From Klebsiella pneumoniae (lineage in GTDB: Bacteria; Desulfobacterota; Binatia; Bin18): DNA of 64,000 bases. The notes under the pieces were generated by a model. It searched no databases and was not told the DNA's origin. It saw only the letters and a list, made by a program, of their open reading frames with translations. A program made the position numbers and the translations under genes. Shown in pieces: positions 30,025 through 40,751 of the stretch (position 1 is its first letter; every line of letters starts with the position of its first letter). The stretch spans positions 1-64,000 of the forward strand of contig CAMBFS010000003.1 in NCBI GenBank assembly GCA_945865755.1, given 5' to 3'.

Positions 30025-30106
30025 CCCGGATGGGAGAGGGTCAGGGTGAGGGGGAGCTGAATGTGATTACCGAGCCACGCCCTACCGCTGGCCCGGGAAA
30101 AGACAA

Positions 30107-30466
30107 TCATGTGCTTGCCAAAAGTGCATACTCGGCATTTTTATTGATGGTGTTCGCTTCCGCGGTTGCGCGCGCTAACCGGCGGTCTAGTTCCGTGACA
30201 ATGTCGGCATTGCCCGCCTGCGCGATTTTAATTTCGACCGTTCCTCCCGCTAATACTTGGTGCAACGCTTCCAGGACTGGCTTGAGGTCGGGATTCACGG
30301 CGATATTGCCCAGTGCCCCTTCCAGAGCCCCCAACTGCAGCAATCGCATCTGGTAGGCATAGCCGTTCGCGGTGGTCTCGCGGGTCACCAGTTTTGGGAC
30401 TCCGACTTCAATAAGGTTCTCCTGAGCGATCTCCATATATTCCGTGTGGGCTGCTGCGTAACTCAT
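30107..30466 (-). CDS. Hypothetical 119-aa helical protein (candidate precursor/substrate of the downstream prenyltransferase)
   Basis: Clean ORF with a strong AAAGGAG RBS, divergent from STAND regulator 3. Confidence 0.75.
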   Translation of the reverse strand: MSYAAAHTEYMEIAQENLIEVGVPKLVTRETTANGYAYQMRLLQLGALEGALGNIAVNPDLKPVLEALHQVLAGGTVEIKIAQAGNADIVTELDRRLARATAEANTINKNAEYALLAST

Positions 30467-30674
30467 GATGTGCTTCTCCTTTTCTGCGGTAAAATGTTTC
30501 TGCTTTCACAAACTCAGCGGCGATGATCTGTTGTCTCTTGTTGAAAAGCAGGGTAGGAGGAGCGGCGGTTCAATGGGAGGTGCGAAGCATTCGGATTTAT
30601 GTTCATATTGTTTAGCTTGTGTTCCCCTCGGGCCATTTCGGCGATATTGCCGACCGAGCACTGGAGGTTTAGCC

Positions 30675-33600
30675 ATGGATTTGGCAACCCATCTCATTTT
30701 CGGACCCTTTCGGGTCGATCCTTTCAACAATCAATTGTGGCGGGGGGAGGAACAGATCGTGCTCCGCCCCATGTCAGTGAAGGTTTTGCTCGTATTAGCG
30801 GAGTGCGCGGGGGAGGTGGTCACGAAAGAGGAGTTATTCAAACGCGTGTGGGCGGGGGTTCGCGTGACCGATACCGTCATTCGCGTCTGTATCCGCGAGA
30901 TTCGCCAGGCCTTGGTGGATTCCGCACAAACCCCGCAATATATCGAAACCGTCGGGCGGCGCGGCTATCGGTTTCTCGGCATTCCCAATGATGGACATCC
31001 GTCCGACGCCTTACCACGGAAGCCAGCCGCGGCACCCCTGATCGTGGGACGCACCCACGAGATCACGCGGCTGCAGCAGTGGTTTCGTCGCGTGGGACAA
31101 GGGGACCGGCAGATTCTCTTTATCACGGGAGAGCCAGGTATCGGAAAGACCACGACCGTTGATGTGTTCCTTGCGCGGGTGCGGGCCACGGGGTTGATCC
31201 GCATTGGGCGTGGCCACTGCGTGGAGCACTATGGCCAAGGGGAAGCCTATATGCCGATCCTGGAAGCCCTTGTCCGGTTGACGCGCGAGCCAGGGGGCGC
31301 GCGCCTGCTCGCGATCCTCAGTCGCCATGCCCCGACGTGGCTGATGCAAATGCCGTCACTGCTGAGTAGCGAAGAGTTCACCCAGCTTCAGCGCCGCACT
31401 CAAGATGCCACCCCGCAACGCATGCTGCGCGAAATGGCCGAGGTGCTCGAGGTGCTCACGGCGGAACGGCCGTTCATTCTCGTGCTCGAGGATTTGCACT
31501 GGAGTGACGAATCGACGATCGCCTTGCTGGCGACGCTGACGCAGCGACAAGAGCGCGCCCAGCTCATGGTCATTGGCACCTACCGCCCATCAGACGTGGC
31601 GAGCACCCATCCCTTGCGGGCCCTCAAGCAGGAATTGCAACTCCGTGATCATTGGAAAGAACTCGCTCTCGGTTTCTTGACCGAGCAAGAAGTGCAGGAG
31701 TACGTCGCCGGACAGTTGCCAGAACATGTGGTATCGGACACATTGGCCCACGCGATTTATCGCCGCACGGAGGGCAGCCCCTTATTCATGGCCAACGTGG
31801 TCACGGCGTTGGCGGAGCAATACCCCCAAGAAGCAGGGGCTGGTCGCCAGCACGACGCCTTCCATAGTCAGAAACTCAAGATTCCCGAAAATCTCCACCA
31901 GGCCATCGCGCAACGGGTCGCGCGGCTCGACCCCAACGAACGCGCCATCCTTGAAGCCGCCAGTGTGGTCGGCATGGAATTTACCGCAGCCGTGGTGGCC
32001 GCAGCCGTCGGGAAAACCCTGATTGACGTCGAAGAGCATTGCGGGGAACTGGCCCGACGTAAACATTTCATTCAGGCAAAAGAGACGGTCGAGTGGCCGG
32101 ACGGGACGGTCACCGCCTGCTACGAGTTCATTCATGCGTTGTACCAAGAGGCATTGTATGAGCGGGTCACTGGCGGGAAACGCGTTGAACTGCATCAGCG
32201 TGTCGGGGAATCTCTTGCGCACGGCTACCGCGACCGCAGTCACGAGATCGCCGCGGAATTGGCCGTGCATTTCGAACAGGGCCGAGATTTTCATCGTACG
32301 GTTCAGTATTTGGGACACGCCGCGGACAACGCGAACCAACGCTGCGCCTACCCTGAAGCACTCCTGCTCCTCAGGAGAGCGCTGGATACCCTCAAAAAGC
32401 TCGCGGACAATCCAGAGCGAGCACAGCGGGAGATTACGCTGCAGACTGCTCTCGGTATGTCACTCATGGCAACCAAAGGCTATGCGGCTCCCGAAGTGAA
32501 GTCAGCCTATGATCGTGCACGAGAACTCTGCCTTCAGGTCGGGGAGACCCCACAACTTGTCTCGGTTCTACGCGGATTAGCCATGTTTTATTACGTTCGC
32601 GCGGAGTTGCAAACCGCGAGAGCTATCGCGGAGCAGCTCCTTGATCTTGTCCAGTCGCAACAAGACCGAGCCCTACTCATCCAAGCCTCTTACGGTATGG
32701 GAGGAACCCTATTTAACCTTGGAGAATTGCCCATTGCTTATCATTATCTGCAACGAACAATGCTCTTTTACCATTCCTATAAGTCCGAATCTCCCACTTA
32801 TCTTTCTGCTCAGGATACGGCGATATATTGTCTAACTCGCATGTCGTACGTTTTGTGGGTTCTTGGCTATCCCGATCAAGCCCTTGTCAAAAGCCAAGAG
32901 GGAATCTCTTTATCTCAAGAATTGGCTCTCCCACATAACCTGGCCTACACATCGACCTTTGCCGCCGGCCTCCGCATGTTCTACCGGGAAGATCAGGTCG
33001 CCCAGCAGTGCGCGGAGGAAGCAAAGCGACTCGCCACGGAGCACGCGTTTCCCATTTGGGCTGCTATGGGACGGATTCTTGGTGGCGGGGCGCTTGTCCA
33101 CCAAGGCATGACCGAACAAGGCATCCAGCAGATCGAAAGCGGGATCGCGACCTGGCGGGCGATTGGGGCACGAATCTCGATGCCCTATTTCCTCACCCTT
33201 CTCGCGGAGGCCTACGGCAAAAGTGGGCATCCGGAAAAAGGGCTACGGCTCCTCACGGAATCCCTAGCGCTCACCAACAGCACGGAGGAGCGCTGGTGGG
33301 AGGCGGAACTCCACCGTCTCAAAGGCATGCTCACGCTTGAGGCGAGCGGCTGGCGGCTCGAGCATCGGCCCTCTTCCCACGTCTCACGTCTCAAGCCTCC
33401 AGTCTCTAGTGTGGTGGCGCACGAGGCGGAGCAGCATTTCCTGAAGGCCCTGGAGGTTGCCCGACGACAAGAGGCGAAATCCCTTGAGCTCCGGGCGGCT
33501 ATGAGCCTCGCGCGGCTGAAGCAGCGACAACAAAAATCGAGTGAAGCACTCGCCCTTCTGGAAGGCGTATACAACTGGTTCACGGAAGGATTCGAGACCG

Positions 33601-33764
33601 CTGACCTCCAAGACGCCAAGCATCTGCTCGAGGAACTACGCGTACCGAGAAGTCCCATGCCTGTCACCACGGTGCCGCGGGCCAAAACTAAACGGAAATC
33701 CACGAGCACCCGCCAACCGGAAGCCGAAGCGGAGTCGCGCGCGGCACGGTCTGAGCGGGGATAA
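30675..33764 (+). CDS. STAND-type regulator 3: wHTH + AAA + TPR
   Basis: GGAGG RBS before ATG 30675. VTKEELF..VW, GEPGIGKT, LEDLHWSD and AKSLELRAAMSLARL..WFTEGFET. Confidence 0.92.
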   Translation: MDLATHLIFGPFRVDPFNNQLWRGEEQIVLRPMSVKVLLVLAECAGEVVTKEELFKRVWAGVRVTDTVIRVCIREIRQALVDSAQTPQYIETVGRRGYRFLGIPNDGHPSDALPRKPAAAPLIVGRTHEITRLQQWFRRVGQGDRQILFITGEPGIGKTTTVDVFLARVRATGLIRIGRGHCVEHYGQGEAYMPILEALVRLTREPGGARLLAILSRHAPTWLMQMPSLLSSEEFTQLQRRTQDATPQRMLREMAEVLEVLTAERPFILVLEDLHWSDESTIALLATLTQRQERAQLMVIGTYRPSDVASTHPLRALKQELQLRDHWKELALGFLTEQEVQEYVAGQLPEHVVSDTLAHAIYRRTEGSPLFMANVVTALAEQYPQEAGAGRQHDAFHSQKLKIPENLHQAIAQRVARLDPNERAILEAASVVGMEFTAAVVAAAVGKTLIDVEEHCGELARRKHFIQAKETVEWPDGTVTACYEFIHALYQEALYERVTGGKRVELHQRVGESLAHGYRDRSHEIAAELAVHFEQGRDFHRTVQYLGHAADNANQRCAYPEALLLLRRALDTLKKLADNPERAQREITLQTALGMSLMATKGYAAPEVKSAYDRARELCLQVGETPQLVSVLRGLAMFYYVRAELQTARAIAEQLLDLVQSQQDRALLIQASYGMGGTLFNLGELPIAYHYLQRTMLFYHSYKSESPTYLSAQDTAIYCLTRMSYVLWVLGYPDQALVKSQEGISLSQELALPHNLAYTSTFAAGLRMFYREDQVAQQCAEEAKRLATEHAFPIWAAMGRILGGGALVHQGMTEQGIQQIESGIATWRAIGARISMPYFLTLLAEAYGKSGHPEKGLRLLTESLALTNSTEERWWEAELHRLKGMLTLEASGWRLEHRPSSHVSRLKPPVSSVVAHEAEQHFLKALEVARRQEAKSLELRAAMSLARLKQRQQKSSEALALLEGVYNWFTEGFETADLQDAKHLLEELRVPRSPMPVTTVPRAKTKRKSTSTRQPEAEAESRAARSERG

Positions 33765-33857
33765 AAAGGTCGGGGAATCGGGGAGTCGGAAGAAATGTAG
33801 GACTGTGGATTGCGCAAGTTGCTTTCTACAATTTTTGCCTGTTGATTTGCTGATTCC

Positions 33858-34190
33858 TCACTCCGCCCGAATCTCCACGACCCGCCGATCCACGAACGTC
33901 AGGGTGCCCAGTGGGCGGAGGGACGCGCGATAGGTCCACTCTTCGCGCTGCGCGCCCGCGTCACTGGTAACGAGACGCTGCGTCGCCGGGGCGCCAAGAA
34001 TTTTCATGACTTCCCCCGGCGACATGCCTAACCGGATCGATTGAAATCGCTGGTCGCGCTCCTCTTCATATCTCACTAGCTCGTCCGCCAGACGCCGCAA
34101 ATCCTGAGCGGCCCGCATGGTGGGGTCTTGGTGATAATAACACGCGGTGACAAACAGTGGCAGGAGCGCCACCAGCGCCCGGCATTTCAT
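33858..34190 (-). CDS. Lipoprotein with a BamE/SmpA-like domain
   Basis: Lipobox FVTA-C and IRLGMS..EV..ILGAP..EEWTY. Confidence 0.7.
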   Translation of the reverse strand: MKCRALVALLPLFVTACYYHQDPTMRAAQDLRRLADELVRYEEERDQRFQSIRLGMSPGEVMKILGAPATQRLVTSDAGAQREEWTYRASLRPLGTLTFVDRRVVEIRAE

Positions 34191-35176
34191 TGGGCGAAGG
34201 TATCCACCAGCCGAGCAAACGCATCTTCCGGCATGCGGCTTGATGGAGGGACGGCCACCACCGGCAGTTGAATCCCGGCATCGCGAAAGCGCTCAATGTG
34301 CGCGCGACATTCGTCCGCCGTTCCGAACACATACAGCTCCTCGATCATGCGCTCGGAGATCGCGGCCTCCGCTCTTGGGCGATCTCCCGCTTTCCAGTGA
34401 TGGTGCACTTCTTCAAGGATGTCCCCGTACCCGAAGTGCCGGAACCCTTGGATATAGGTGTTCGCCTGACAGTAGCCGACCAACACCCGTCGCAGTTGTT
34501 GGAGCGTCTGCTCGCGATCGCTGGTGACAGCCGTGTGAATGTAACAGCCAATATCAATATCCGCTAACGAGCGGCCCGCGCGGGCGGCCCCCTTGGCGAT
34601 TTCGGCCAGCGAGGCCGGGACTTGGCGCGCGGGTACCCAGGCCAGCAGTACCCCATCGGCGATCTCGCCAGCCAGTTGCAACATCTTGGGATTCACCGCC
34701 GCGAGATAGATGGGCATCCGTTTCGGCGGAGCCATGCTGAGTTGAAATCCGCGTGGGCGATAAAATTTCCCGTCGTAGGTGACCCGTTCCCCAGCGAGGA
34801 CCCGTCGCAGAATAGCGACATACTCACGGGTGCGAGAGACCGGATGATCCCAGGGCACACCATGAAAAGCGTTGATGTTTTGCGTACTCACGCCCAAGCC
34901 CAGACGCGCCCGTCCTGGAGCGATGAGGTCCAGGGTCGCCGCTTGCATGGCGGTGAGGGTCGGTGGCCGCAGATACAAGGAGACGATGCCCGTGCTGATA
35001 TGTATGCGTTGCGTCCGTGCCAGCAACGCGCCCACCATCGTGCAGGTTTCGATGCCCCACGCTTCGCCAACGGAGATCGCTTCAAATCCTCGGTCCTCCG
35101 CGCGCCGCACGACCTCCGTGCAGAAGTCCATCGGTAAGCCGAGCGGTGGAATTCCTAATGCAATACGCTGAGTCAT
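34187..35176 (-). CDS. LLM-class flavin/F420-dependent oxidoreductase (Mer-like)
   Basis: AEDRGFE.I.VGEAWG, LGLGVS and PIYLAA..PKMLQLAGEIADG. Confidence 0.87.
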   Translation of the reverse strand: MTQRIALGIPPLGLPMDFCTEVVRRAEDRGFEAISVGEAWGIETCTMVGALLARTQRIHISTGIVSLYLRPPTLTAMQAATLDLIAPGRARLGLGVSTQNINAFHGVPWDHPVSRTREYVAILRRVLAGERVTYDGKFYRPRGFQLSMAPPKRMPIYLAAVNPKMLQLAGEIADGVLLAWVPARQVPASLAEIAKGAARAGRSLADIDIGCYIHTAVTSDREQTLQQLRRVLVGYCQANTYIQGFRHFGYGDILEEVHHHWKAGDRPRAEAAISERMIEELYVFGTADECRAHIERFRDAGIQLPVVAVPPSSRMPEDAFARLVDTFAQ

Positions 35177-35192
35177 AGTTCCTCACTCCTCC

Positions 35193-37217
35193 CTATGCTT
35201 CCATTTCCTCGGCCACGGTGGACCAGGCCCGATATTGCGCTTCCAGTGTCTGTTTGAGTGACTCGTACTCCGCCGCGATGACGCGGGCTTGTTGTGGGTC
35301 ACGAAAGGCCGAACCATCGCCCATCATCGTTTCGATGGCGGTTTTCCGCGCTTCAAGGGGCGCGATCTCGCGCTCGATCTCCGCTAACCGTTTTCCTCGT
35401 TTCTGTTGCTCCGCGCGTGAGGCTTTCTGCTGCGCGTACCGCTGCTTCCCACGCTTCGCGTCCTGAATCGCCGCCAACGTTCCATTGACCCCGGCCAGGA
35501 GCGGCTCACGTTCGGAAGCAATCGAGCCCTTGGATTGTGGGCCTTGGCCGTTGGCTCCGGGACCTGGGACTTTGGACTTTGGACTTTGGACCTCGGCAGG
35601 CCCCCGCACCTCGCGTTCCTTCCACTCAAGAAACTCCTCAAACGTGCCAGGATAGACGACCAAATGGCCATCCCGCATTTCCAACACTTTCGTCACCAGC
35701 CCTTTGAGAAAATAGCGATCATGCGAAACGATGACAAAGGTGCCGCTGTATTGCAGCAAGGCTTCACGCAGCACGTCCTTGGTGCGCATATCGAGATGGT
35801 TGGTCGGCTCGTCGAGGAGGAGTACGTTTGACGGTTGCAGCAGCATTTTGGCCAGCGCCAAGCGGCTCTTCTCTCCACCACTAAGCACGACGACTTTCTT
35901 ATTGACGGCATCACCGGAAAACAAGAAGGCGCCCAACAAGGTCCGTAGCTCCGGGACCACTTCAAAGCGTGCCCCCCGCGCGATTTCCTCGTACACCGTG
36001 CTGTCACTTTGCAACCGGTCGGCCTGCTGCTGGGCATAGTAATCAAGCTCAACTTGATGGCCAAGCTGTCGCGTCCCCGAGGTTGGTGGTTCGACCCCGG
36101 CCAAAATGCGGCTCAGCGTGGATTTCCCCGCGCCGTTGACACCGACCAGCGCGACCCGATCCCCGCGTTCGAGAATCAGATTGAGTCCGCTAAAGACCTC
36201 AAGCGAGTCATATCGTTTGCTCACGTCGCGCAATTCGAGCACGACACGGCCGCCACGCGGTGCCGCCGGGAAATGGAATTTGACCCCCTTGGGCACGTGT
36301 TGCGGTGGTTCCAGGCGTTCCAATTTTTCGAGTTGCTTGACCCGACTCTGCACCTGCGAGGATTTCCGGGCATTGTAGCGGAAGGTGTCAATGAAGCGCT
36401 GCACACGGGCGATCTCTTCTTGCTGCTCCTCGTAGGCTTTCTGGTGCGCGGCGATGGCTTCCTCGAATTGTCGCTCAAACGCCGAGTAATTGCCCGTATA
36501 CTCCATGAGCGTTTGCCGGTGCAGCGCGGCGATGCGATTGACGATCCGGTCCAGAAACTCGCGGTCATGCGAAATGATGACGATGCTCCCGGCATACATG
36601 CGCAAATAGTTTTCGAGCCAGAGTAACGATTCGAGATCAAGATGGTTGGTGGGCTCGTCGAGAAGGAGGACATCGGGTTGTTGCAAGAGCAACTTGGCGA
36701 GCGCGATGCGCATTTGCCAGCCGCCACTGAAGGTCGCGGTGGGCAGGTCGAATTGGGTGTCATGAAACCCCAGGCCGGTGAGCACCTTGGCGACTTCCGC
36801 GTCCGCGCGAAATCCTCCCAGCTCCTCGAAGCGATGTTGCAGGTCCCCATAGCGCGCGATCAGTTCGTCGTGTTCTTCGCCTTCAAGGGGATTCTGCTCC
36901 AACGCTTCATGAATGACGGTGAGTTCTCGCTGAATTTCGGCGAGTTGCGGAAGGGCGGCCCGCACTTCCGCGAACAGACTGCGTCCAGCGACCTCAATCC
37001 CTTCTTGCGGCAGATAGCCAATGGTGACTTCACGCCCACGCTGGATGGAGCCGGTATCAGGTTCCACTTGGCCGGTGATGAGTCGAAACAAGGTCGTTTT
37101 GCCAGCTCCATTCGGACCCACCAGGCCGACGCGATCCCCTTTGCGCAGATACCAATTGAGGTTGCGGAACAGGTCTTGCCCGCCAAAAGACAATGAAAGA
37201 TTGATGAGTTGCAGCAT
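35193..37217 (-). CDS. ABC-F family ATPase (ribosome-associated, YheS/Uup-like)
   Basis: Two NBDs (GPNGAGKT/FSGGW/LDEPTNHLD; GVNGAGKS/LSGGE/LDEPTNHLD), no TM segments, coiled-coil C-terminus. Confidence 0.93.
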   Translation of the reverse strand: MLQLINLSLSFGGQDLFRNLNWYLRKGDRVGLVGPNGAGKTTLFRLITGQVEPDTGSIQRGREVTIGYLPQEGIEVAGRSLFAEVRAALPQLAEIQRELTVIHEALEQNPLEGEEHDELIARYGDLQHRFEELGGFRADAEVAKVLTGLGFHDTQFDLPTATFSGGWQMRIALAKLLLQQPDVLLLDEPTNHLDLESLLWLENYLRMYAGSIVIISHDREFLDRIVNRIAALHRQTLMEYTGNYSAFERQFEEAIAAHQKAYEEQQEEIARVQRFIDTFRYNARKSSQVQSRVKQLEKLERLEPPQHVPKGVKFHFPAAPRGGRVVLELRDVSKRYDSLEVFSGLNLILERGDRVALVGVNGAGKSTLSRILAGVEPPTSGTRQLGHQVELDYYAQQQADRLQSDSTVYEEIARGARFEVVPELRTLLGAFLFSGDAVNKKVVVLSGGEKSRLALAKMLLQPSNVLLLDEPTNHLDMRTKDVLREALLQYSGTFVIVSHDRYFLKGLVTKVLEMRDGHLVVYPGTFEEFLEWKEREVRGPAEVQSPKSKVPGPGANGQGPQSKGSIASEREPLLAGVNGTLAAIQDAKRGKQRYAQQKASRAEQQKRGKRLAEIEREIAPLEARKTAIETMMGDGSAFRDPQQARVIAAEYESLKQTLEAQYRAWSTVAEEMEA

Positions 37218-37308
37218 GAATATGAATCTACTTTTACTTGCGGAAATGTGTCGGGCGGGATTGTACCAAGGATACCAATACCGGGCTACCGCGATGGGAT
37301 GACCGGAT

Positions 37309-37545
37309 GAAGTCAAAAGTCAAAAGTCAAAAGTCAAAAATAAGAAACAGCGCTGTAGCCCGGATGGAACGGAGTGGAATCCGGGGTCCTGCCGCTTTCC
37401 CCCGCGCCTTCCTGGATTACGCTTCGCTTCATCCAGGCTACTCGCTGACTACTGACTACTGACTACTGACTACTGACTACTGACTACTGACTACTGACTA
37501 CTGACTACTGACTACTGACTACTGACTACTGACTACTGACTACTG
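37309..37545. repeat. Composite repeat: (AAGTCAA)n + GTAG REP doublet (37355-37441) + ~14 x CTGACTA heptamer
   Basis: Tandem arrays and the palindromes GTAGCCCGGATG..ATCCGGG and CCTGGATT..ATCCAGGCTAC are read directly from the sequence. Confidence 0.9.
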
Positions 37546-37627
37546 TTCCCCTATCTTTGCCTTTTGCCTTCTGATTTTCCCTTGAGAGCCTTGTGCGAAC
37601 ACCGAGGATTTCCTACACTGCGCGGCC

Positions 37628-38203
37628 ATGATTACTTTCGCTCAATATCGTGCGCGGTATGACGCCGAACGGGAACGACTGGAAGACGCATTCTCGCATC
37701 TGTCCATGCAAGAAAAAAGTCGGCGCGGCCTCGGACGTGACAATCCGCTACTCTATTCGTCTCGTGCCGTGGCCGACACCTTAGGCGCTCAACAACTCTC
37801 GTCGCACGCGCTCACCCAGAATCTTGACCGACAGACCGGACAACTGGAACATCTTGCTCACCAGACGTTAGTGCTCGCTCCGCTGCGACGCTTGCCGTTA
37901 CCGGATGCGCGCTGGATTTTTCTCGATTTCACCGGACAAACCGGTGGCTGGCGTTATAAACGGTCGGCAGCGGTGACCAAGTTTTGTGAAACGATCGCGG
38001 GACGGTCGCCTGAGAGCGCCTGTCGATTCTTGAGTGGTGGCGTGGCCAGCGCCGAGATGCTCGACCGTTTGCTGTGGGAAGAGTTTTCTCGCCCCGACGC
38101 GCCCTTTCGCACCACCGCGAAGCAGATTCACGCGCGGTTTCATCTCTGGGTCGCGCGGGCCCAGAGCGATATCCCTCAGGGCGACTGTATTCCCATCGTG
38201 TAG
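37628..38203 (+). CDS. Hypothetical protein
   Basis: 191-aa ORF filling the intergenic space; no recognised motif. Confidence 0.6.
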   Translation: MITFAQYRARYDAERERLEDAFSHLSMQEKSRRGLGRDNPLLYSSRAVADTLGAQQLSSHALTQNLDRQTGQLEHLAHQTLVLAPLRRLPLPDARWIFLDFTGQTGGWRYKRSAAVTKFCETIAGRSPESACRFLSGGVASAEMLDRLLWEEFSRPDAPFRTTAKQIHARFHLWVARAQSDIPQGDCIPIV

Positions 38204-38288
38204 CGCGCGACAGAAAAAGAAAAAGGCCCTGTTGCCAGAGCCTTTTTCTCGCAGGAGCCTATCGTTTCGAGTGTACTGGGCGGGGACG

Positions 38289-38390
38289 TTACTTCTTTTT
38301 CGCGGGCGCTTTTTTTGCCGCCGCTTTCGGCGCGGCCTTACTCACGGGTGCTGCTTTCTTTGCTGGTGCTTTCTTCTTTGCTGCTGCCAT
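38289..38390 (-). CDS. 33-aa Lys/Ala/Pro-rich histone H1-like microprotein
   Basis: MAAAKKKAPAKKAAPVSKAAPKAAAKKAPAKKK*. GGAGG RBS just upstream; hairpin and U-tract downstream (~38215-38250). Confidence 0.8.
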   Translation of the reverse strand: MAAAKKKAPAKKAAPVSKAAPKAAAKKAPAKKK

Positions 38391-38529
38391 AGAGACCTCC
38401 TAACTAAATGCTAGCGAGTTGTGGGAACCCCTAGTGTTGTCAAAGTAAGAAAACGATAGCTCCATGCGCTGTTCTTTCTAGCAGAACAATTCTGGTCTCG
38501 CAACAAAAAATCATGCGCGCGAAAAAATT

Positions 38530-39876
<1,347 letters not shown>

Positions 39877-39900
39877 TCAGTAAGATCACGCCATCAATTT

Positions 39901-40221
39901 ATGCGGATCTTCAAACGTTTATGGTTACCGGTCCTGGTTGGAGGCTATGTGCTGCTCGCGCTATCGGTGAGTATTGGGAAGCATGGCTTGCTCCATCTCT
40001 GGCAGTTGCGCCAAGAGCAACGTGCCCTTGAGGGCAGGGCATTCGATCTTTCGCGGGAGAACGAAGACTTCCGTGACCGCCTTGAGCGGATCACCAAGGA
40101 CGATGAATTTTTCGAGAAGATTGTCCGCGAAGAGCTGACATTCGTTAAAAAAGGGGAAGTTGTCTATGTATTTCGCGGGTCGACGGACACCGCCGACCCG
40201 TCAGAAGTCACCGCCCCGTAG
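39901..40221 (+). CDS. ftsB: Septum formation initiator FtsB/DivIC
   Basis: N-terminal TM, G..G, a coiled coil and EKIVREEL.FVKKGE.VY. Confidence 0.85.
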   Translation: MRIFKRLWLPVLVGGYVLLALSVSIGKHGLLHLWQLRQEQRALEGRAFDLSRENEDFRDRLERITKDDEFFEKIVREELTFVKKGEVVYVFRGSTDTADPSEVTAP

Positions 40222-40292
40222 GAGGGCGAGGCTTTTGCAAGGAAACCCGCCCCCTGTAGGTCGAGGGCGAAGCCAATCCGAGAATCCCCCGG

Positions 40293-40682
40293 TTATTCTT
40301 CCTCCGAGCCACCGGCGGTCATGTCCTCGTACTCATCCGGTTCCATCAACTCCTCCAGTTCGGTCTTGTCACTCAGCTCGATCTCCAACAGCCAGCCCTC
40401 ATGATACGGGTCTTCGTTCACGAGGGAGGGGGTATCATCCAGCTCACCGTTGGTGGCGGAAATCGTGCCACTCACTGGGGCGAGCAAATCGGTCACGGTC
40501 GTCACCGATTCGATCTCGCCAAAACTCTCGCCGCGCTCGACGACATCGCCAACGTCGGGCAGTTCGACGGTCAGAATTTCTCCGAGTTCACCTTGAAAAT
40601 AGTCCGAAATGCCCACTTGGACGCGTTTGCCCGAGACCCGCACCCACAAGTGGTCTTCGGTAAACTTCAGATTCTCTGCCAT
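40293..40682 (-). CDS. gcvH: Glycine cleavage H-like protein
   Basis: FTEDHLWV, GISDYFQ..LG, IESVTT, APVSG and VNEDPY.EGWL. The lipoyl-Lys position (ESVK) reads T here. Confidence 0.85.
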   Translation of the reverse strand: MAENLKFTEDHLWVRVSGKRVQVGISDYFQGELGEILTVELPDVGDVVERGESFGEIESVTTVTDLLAPVSGTISATNGELDDTPSLVNEDPYHEGWLLEIELSDKTELEELMEPDEYEDMTAGGSEEE

Positions 40683-40751
40683 GATTCTTTTCTTTCCTCC
40701 TCGGCCCAGTTGTTAGCGATCTCGTTTTCGTCTGTCAAGGAAAATCGCGCG

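Noticed and set aside
30465..30674. 70-aa N-terminal extension of STAND regulator 3 in the ORF track
   Set aside because: An RBS and paralog alignment place the start at 30675; the extension spans the divergent promoter region.
38074..38414. Plus-strand ORFs with FFAGAFFAA repeats
   Set aside because: These are antisense shadows of the minus-strand PAKK microprotein, which has the RBS.
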